This document shows, piece by piece, positions 26,699-29,337 of a DNA stretch of 29,337 nt. A program made the position numbers and the translations under genes. Positions within the stretch are counted from its first letter, which is position 1. The number at the start of each line of letters is the position of its first letter. The DNA lies in IMG/VR virus record IMGVR_UViG_3300037790_000015, positions 1-29,337 of that record, one strand, 5' to 3'. Origin of the DNA: a virus (Duplodnaviria > Caudoviricetes). The notes under the pieces are model-generated. The model made no database searches. It was not told the origin of the DNA and worked only from the letters and a program-made list of their open reading frames with translations.

Positions 26699-26863
26699 AT
26701 GTGGATAGCACTGAACTGGATATTGATAGTGGTGGGCCTACTGTTTATCGGGGCCTTTATCAAGCTGGATACCTACAGCGGCATATTCTTCGGCTTCGCA
26801 GGTGTGATCGTGCTGTTTATCGGCATGGCTTCATCACTGCTGGCTTGGCTGCATTTGAATTGA
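26699..26863 (+). CDS. 54-aa two-TM protein
   Basis: MWIALNWILIVVGLLFIGAFIKLDTYSGIFFGFAGVIVLFIGMASSLLAWLHLN; GAGG RBS. Confidence 0.6.
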   Translation: MWIALNWILIVVGLLFIGAFIKLDTYSGIFFGFAGVIVLFIGMASSLLAWLHLN

Positions 26864-26873
26864 GGTGATGTGA

Positions 26874-27032
26874 ATGGGAAGTAAATACAACTTTAGATTG
26901 TGGCGGTTATGGCTCCGGATTGATCCAGGCATTGAACTGATGTGGCTGGCAAAAGGTGGGTGGTGGCAATGCATCTGGTACAGAGAAAGTAAGGCGCTCA
27001 GAAATGCTAGGCGAGGTGATGTGAATGAGTGA
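26874..27032 (+). CDS. 52-aa Trp-rich hypothetical protein
   Basis: GAGGTG RBS; the ORF is bracketed by 15-bp direct repeats. Confidence 0.4.
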   Translation: MGSKYNFRLWRLWLRIDPGIELMWLAKGGWWQCIWYRESKALRNARRGDVNE

Positions 27033-27402
27033 GGAATTTAAACCAAACTGGGACGTTAGCGCTGAGGTGATGGGCGAGCTGATGGCTGAAAACTGGCGGC
27101 AAGCTGTAACCATCAATGAGCTTAAGGCTCAAATTTACCGAATACGTGACGCTTATTACAACGGTAAAGGTGGTGACGGCATGGATGCGCTGGGTTCCGC
27201 CATCATGGAAACAGAAGCAGTCAATCTGGCATCTGTTCAGGATTACCATCCAACTAACCTCTGCTGCAAGATTATTCATCAAGCACGGCGCGTTCATAAA
27301 TTAGAGGATTTTGATACAGAATTGTCTTGGTTGACGCGGTGTGTTGCAGATGCAAAACACCAGTACAGCGCCGAACTCCGTCAGCAGGCCGATAAGGGCT
27401 AA
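27025..27402 (+). CDS. hypothetical phage protein
   Basis: 125 aa ORF with GAGGTG RBS at the end of the pL operon. Confidence 0.6.
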   Translation: MSEEFKPNWDVSAEVMGELMAENWRQAVTINELKAQIYRIRDAYYNGKGGDGMDALGSAIMETEAVNLASVQDYHPTNLCCKIIHQARRVHKLEDFDTELSWLTRCVADAKHQYSAELRQQADKG

Positions 27403-27405
27403 CCC

Positions 27406-27489
27406 ATGGCACTAATGAAAGTCAGCCAATATCGCCGCTATGATTTGATACCTGAAAATCGTGTCAGGCTGGCAAGTAATGCTGGCTGA
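27406..27489 (+). pseudogene. possible truncated excisionase stub
   Basis: MALMKVSQYRR resembles an Xis-type N-terminus at the expected position, but the frame stops after 27 aa and no integrase follows. Confidence 0.35.
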
Positions 27490-27497
27490 ATTTCAGA

Positions 27498-27533
27498 CAA
27501 AAAAAACCAGCTCACCGGGAATGAACTGGTTTG
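27498..27533 (-). terminator. intrinsic terminator downstream of ORF 27609-27908
   Basis: Minus strand AAACCAGTTCA...TGAGCTGGTTT followed by a U run. Confidence 0.65.
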
Positions 27534-27608
27534 AAGGTGGAGTGAACTTTAGCTATCGAAGTTCGGTATCTAAATTATCAGGGCGCTGCGAAATTTGCGT
27601 GAAATAAA

Positions 27609-27908
27609 TCAGACTTTGAGCACTTTAATTGAGCAGTTATGAATCGTCGTAAACTCACGTAACTGTTCATGGCCTTTCACGCCGAACTTCAATGGCTTGC
27701 CCTGCAAAGAATAGAGAATGCCATTGTTAGTGACAGCCATACCGGATTTGGTTTTAGGATTAAATTCGACATGTGCCAGCGGCTGGGTAATGACGTCAAA
27801 GCCATATGCCGTGGCATGCCCGATGATGTGTTGTTCCCCGGTTTCAATAACCTCAAACAGGCCCCAGGTTCGAAGTTGCCCACACTCCGATTCAGCTCTC
27901 GCTTCCAT
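27609..27908 (-). CDS. hypothetical protein (host-like or moron)
   Basis: 99 aa with GAGGAG RBS and its own terminator; oriented against the pL operon, downstream of the tRNA. Confidence 0.65.
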   Translation of the reverse strand: MEARAESECGQLRTWGLFEVIETGEQHIIGHATAYGFDVITQPLAHVEFNPKTKSGMAVTNNGILYSLQGKPLKFGVKGHEQLREFTTIHNCSIKVLKV

Positions 27909-28043
27909 GCTTGCTCCTCACTTGCAGCGTGTGATGTCCTTACCACGCAATCTGAAAAAAGATGCTTGCTAAACTACAACACTGAGAAGTGTGAATCAAG
28001 TCACACTTTGAGATTGGACTATGAAGACGATGACTGAGAAATT

Positions 28044-28120
28044 TGGTCGGGACAGTAGGATTTGAACCTACGACCCCTTGCACCCCATGCAAGTGCGCTA
28101 CCAGGCTGCGCCATGCCCCG
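28044..28120 (-). tRNA. tRNA-Pro(GGG), complete with CCA
   Basis: CGGGGCA-TG-GCGCAGCCTGGTAGCGC-A-CTTGC-ATGGGGT-GCAAG-GGGTC-GTAGG-TTCAAAT-CCTAC-TGTCCCG-ACCA (77 nt). Confidence 0.96.
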
Positions 28121-28173
28121 AAACCGTTGGTGCGTAAGGATTTGTGAAATTTCAGTGTGACGTAAATAATCGT

Positions 28174-28197
28174 CTGGGGAAAACACTGGGGAAAACA
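28174..28197. repeat. 12-bp tandem direct repeat, candidate integrase arm-type sites
   Basis: CTGGGGAAAACA x2, about 55 bp from the tRNA. Confidence 0.55.
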
Positions 28198-28322
28198 AAC
28201 GCCTTACGAGGTGCAAATGATAGCAGGTGTGATCTGGTTTTGGTAGCAGGAACGCAACAATCAATACCCTGCATTTTTGTATTCAGCTTAGATGGTTATA
28301 ATATTGGGAAGGAGGGCAAGAA

Positions 28323-28739
28323 ATGAGAGATATACAATTTAGAGCCTGGGACGGTAAACGGATGTGGCAAAACGTTGAATACTCTTTTGAGTTCAGAGAG
28401 GAAGGACAGGATCCATTTGAAACGCCTATTGATTTTAACTGTTTCGGCGGCGTTATTTGGTCGTGTCGGGATGGTGACGCCGAATTAATGCAGTTCACTG
28501 GACTTAAAGACAAGAACGGCGTTGAGATTTATGAGGGTGATATTGTCAGGATTGATGATGCAGACCGGGATGAGGATGGGAACATGATCCCACTTACCAC
28601 TGAGGTGTTCTACAAAGACGCTTGCTTTAACGTTTTTCGCAACAATGATGAGTCACTTCTTTTCTCTCATGTTTATGAGGGAACCGTTGAAGTGGTGGGG
28701 AATATACATGAAAACCCTGACTTGTTAGCACAAAAATGA
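28323..28739 (+). CDS. YopX family protein
   Basis: 'MRDIQFRAWD', 'LMQFTGLKDKNGVEIYEGDIV', 'EVVGNIHENPDLL'. Confidence 0.92.
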   Translation: MRDIQFRAWDGKRMWQNVEYSFEFREEGQDPFETPIDFNCFGGVIWSCRDGDAELMQFTGLKDKNGVEIYEGDIVRIDDADRDEDGNMIPLTTEVFYKDACFNVFRNNDESLLFSHVYEGTVEVVGNIHENPDLLAQK

Positions 28740-28746
28740 ACACGAC

Positions 28747-29181
28747 TTAAGGATAGTCGGCACGCTTCTGATGTATGGCGATTGACGCAGCTTCCTCTCC
28801 ATCCAGCTCATCCATCAACAAATCAAATGCCGCCCGGCTGCTACTGACTCCCTGTTTTCCGGAAATGATCGTATAGCCCATGCCTGGCGCAATGCACCCC
28901 TGCAGTTGATGAGGCCAGTTTGCCGGATGGATCATAATGTAGGTTCTGCCAGGCACGTCTATCACTTCCCAGCCATCATCATATTTCCCGCCGCTGCTGC
29001 GTTGTACAACAGGGCTGCGGCGCATTTTCATCTGATATTCACCTTCGGGAATACAGCTTTTACCTTTGGCGTTACCATTCCATGGTTGCTCACAGGTAAA
29101 CAGGACACGACCAGATGGAAGTGTTAGCCGCCCGAACGTGCCGTCAGGGGCGTAGCTAAACCGCTCAAGGATTAGATTCAT
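28747..29181 (-). CDS. DUF5675-family protein (putative endolysin)
   Basis: 'L.R......GTFG.L', 'TCE.PW..N....SCIPEG.Y', 'VPGR..I.IH.AN....LQGCI..G', 'SSR.AF'; adjacent to spanins. Confidence 0.8.
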   Translation of the reverse strand: MNLILERFSYAPDGTFGRLTLPSGRVLFTCEQPWNGNAKGKSCIPEGEYQMKMRRSPVVQRSSGGKYDDGWEVIDVPGRTYIMIHPANWPHQLQGCIAPGMGYTIISGKQGVSSSRAAFDLLMDELDGEEAASIAIHQKRADYP

Positions 29182-29337
29182 AAGTCCTCCGCACCCACTC
29201 TTGCAAGCTGATCAAGTCCTGCCTGATGTCGTGGCAAGTTGCGTAGTTGCCGGTCGCGTTTTCTAATACTTCAATGTCTGTAATTCTGGGGGCGTCTGCA
29301 TCAGATCCTGTGGTGGTGTCGGTTTGGGGCAATCCGG
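29165..29337 (-). CDS. Rz-like i-spanin, C-terminal part
   Basis: Hand translation ...VLENATGNYATCHDIRQDLISLQEWVRRTYESNP*. Confidence 0.65.
   Translation of the reverse strand, partial: GLPQTDTTTGSDADAPRITDIEVLENATGNYATCHDIRQDLISLQEWVRRTYESNP
29263..29337 (-). CDS. Rz1-like o-spanin, C-terminal part, embedded in Rz
   Basis: Alternate frame is Pro-rich: PDCPKPTPPQDLMQTPPELQTLKY*. Confidence 0.6.
   Translation of the reverse strand, partial: PDCPKPTPPQDLMQTPPELQTLKY

Overview
The window is most of a temperate, lambdoid/P22-like (podovirus-type) phage genome, probably from a Gammaproteobacterium. The minus strand carries the late operon (terminase, portal, scaffold, P22-type coat, gp4/gp10-like tail genes), a Q-position regulator, a nin-like accessory region, O/P-like replication genes, cII and cro. 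The plus strand carries cI and the pL early operon (RecT/YqaJ, ssb, two further methyltransferase-like genes, CsrA). Near the right end are a complete tRNA-Pro(GGG), YopX and a lysis module (DUF5675, Rz/Rz1). The most unusual observations are these. (1) Two tRNA-shaped non-coding elements have identical D- and T-like arms, a compensatory change in the acceptor-like stem and unrelated interiors. (2) A possible xis stub is joined to host-like DNA and a full tRNA with no integrase, as expected for an aberrant-excision or transducing form. (3) An orphan CheY-like receiver is coupled to terS. (4) A RusA-like gene is split across two fully open overlapping frames. (5) An HNH-AP2 endonuclease duplicates the N-terminus of its downstream gene. 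(6) An early protein ends in an FtsZ-tail-like peptide. (7) The late leader RNA (~285 nt) is highly structured. All family calls come from motif recognition and synteny, not database searches.
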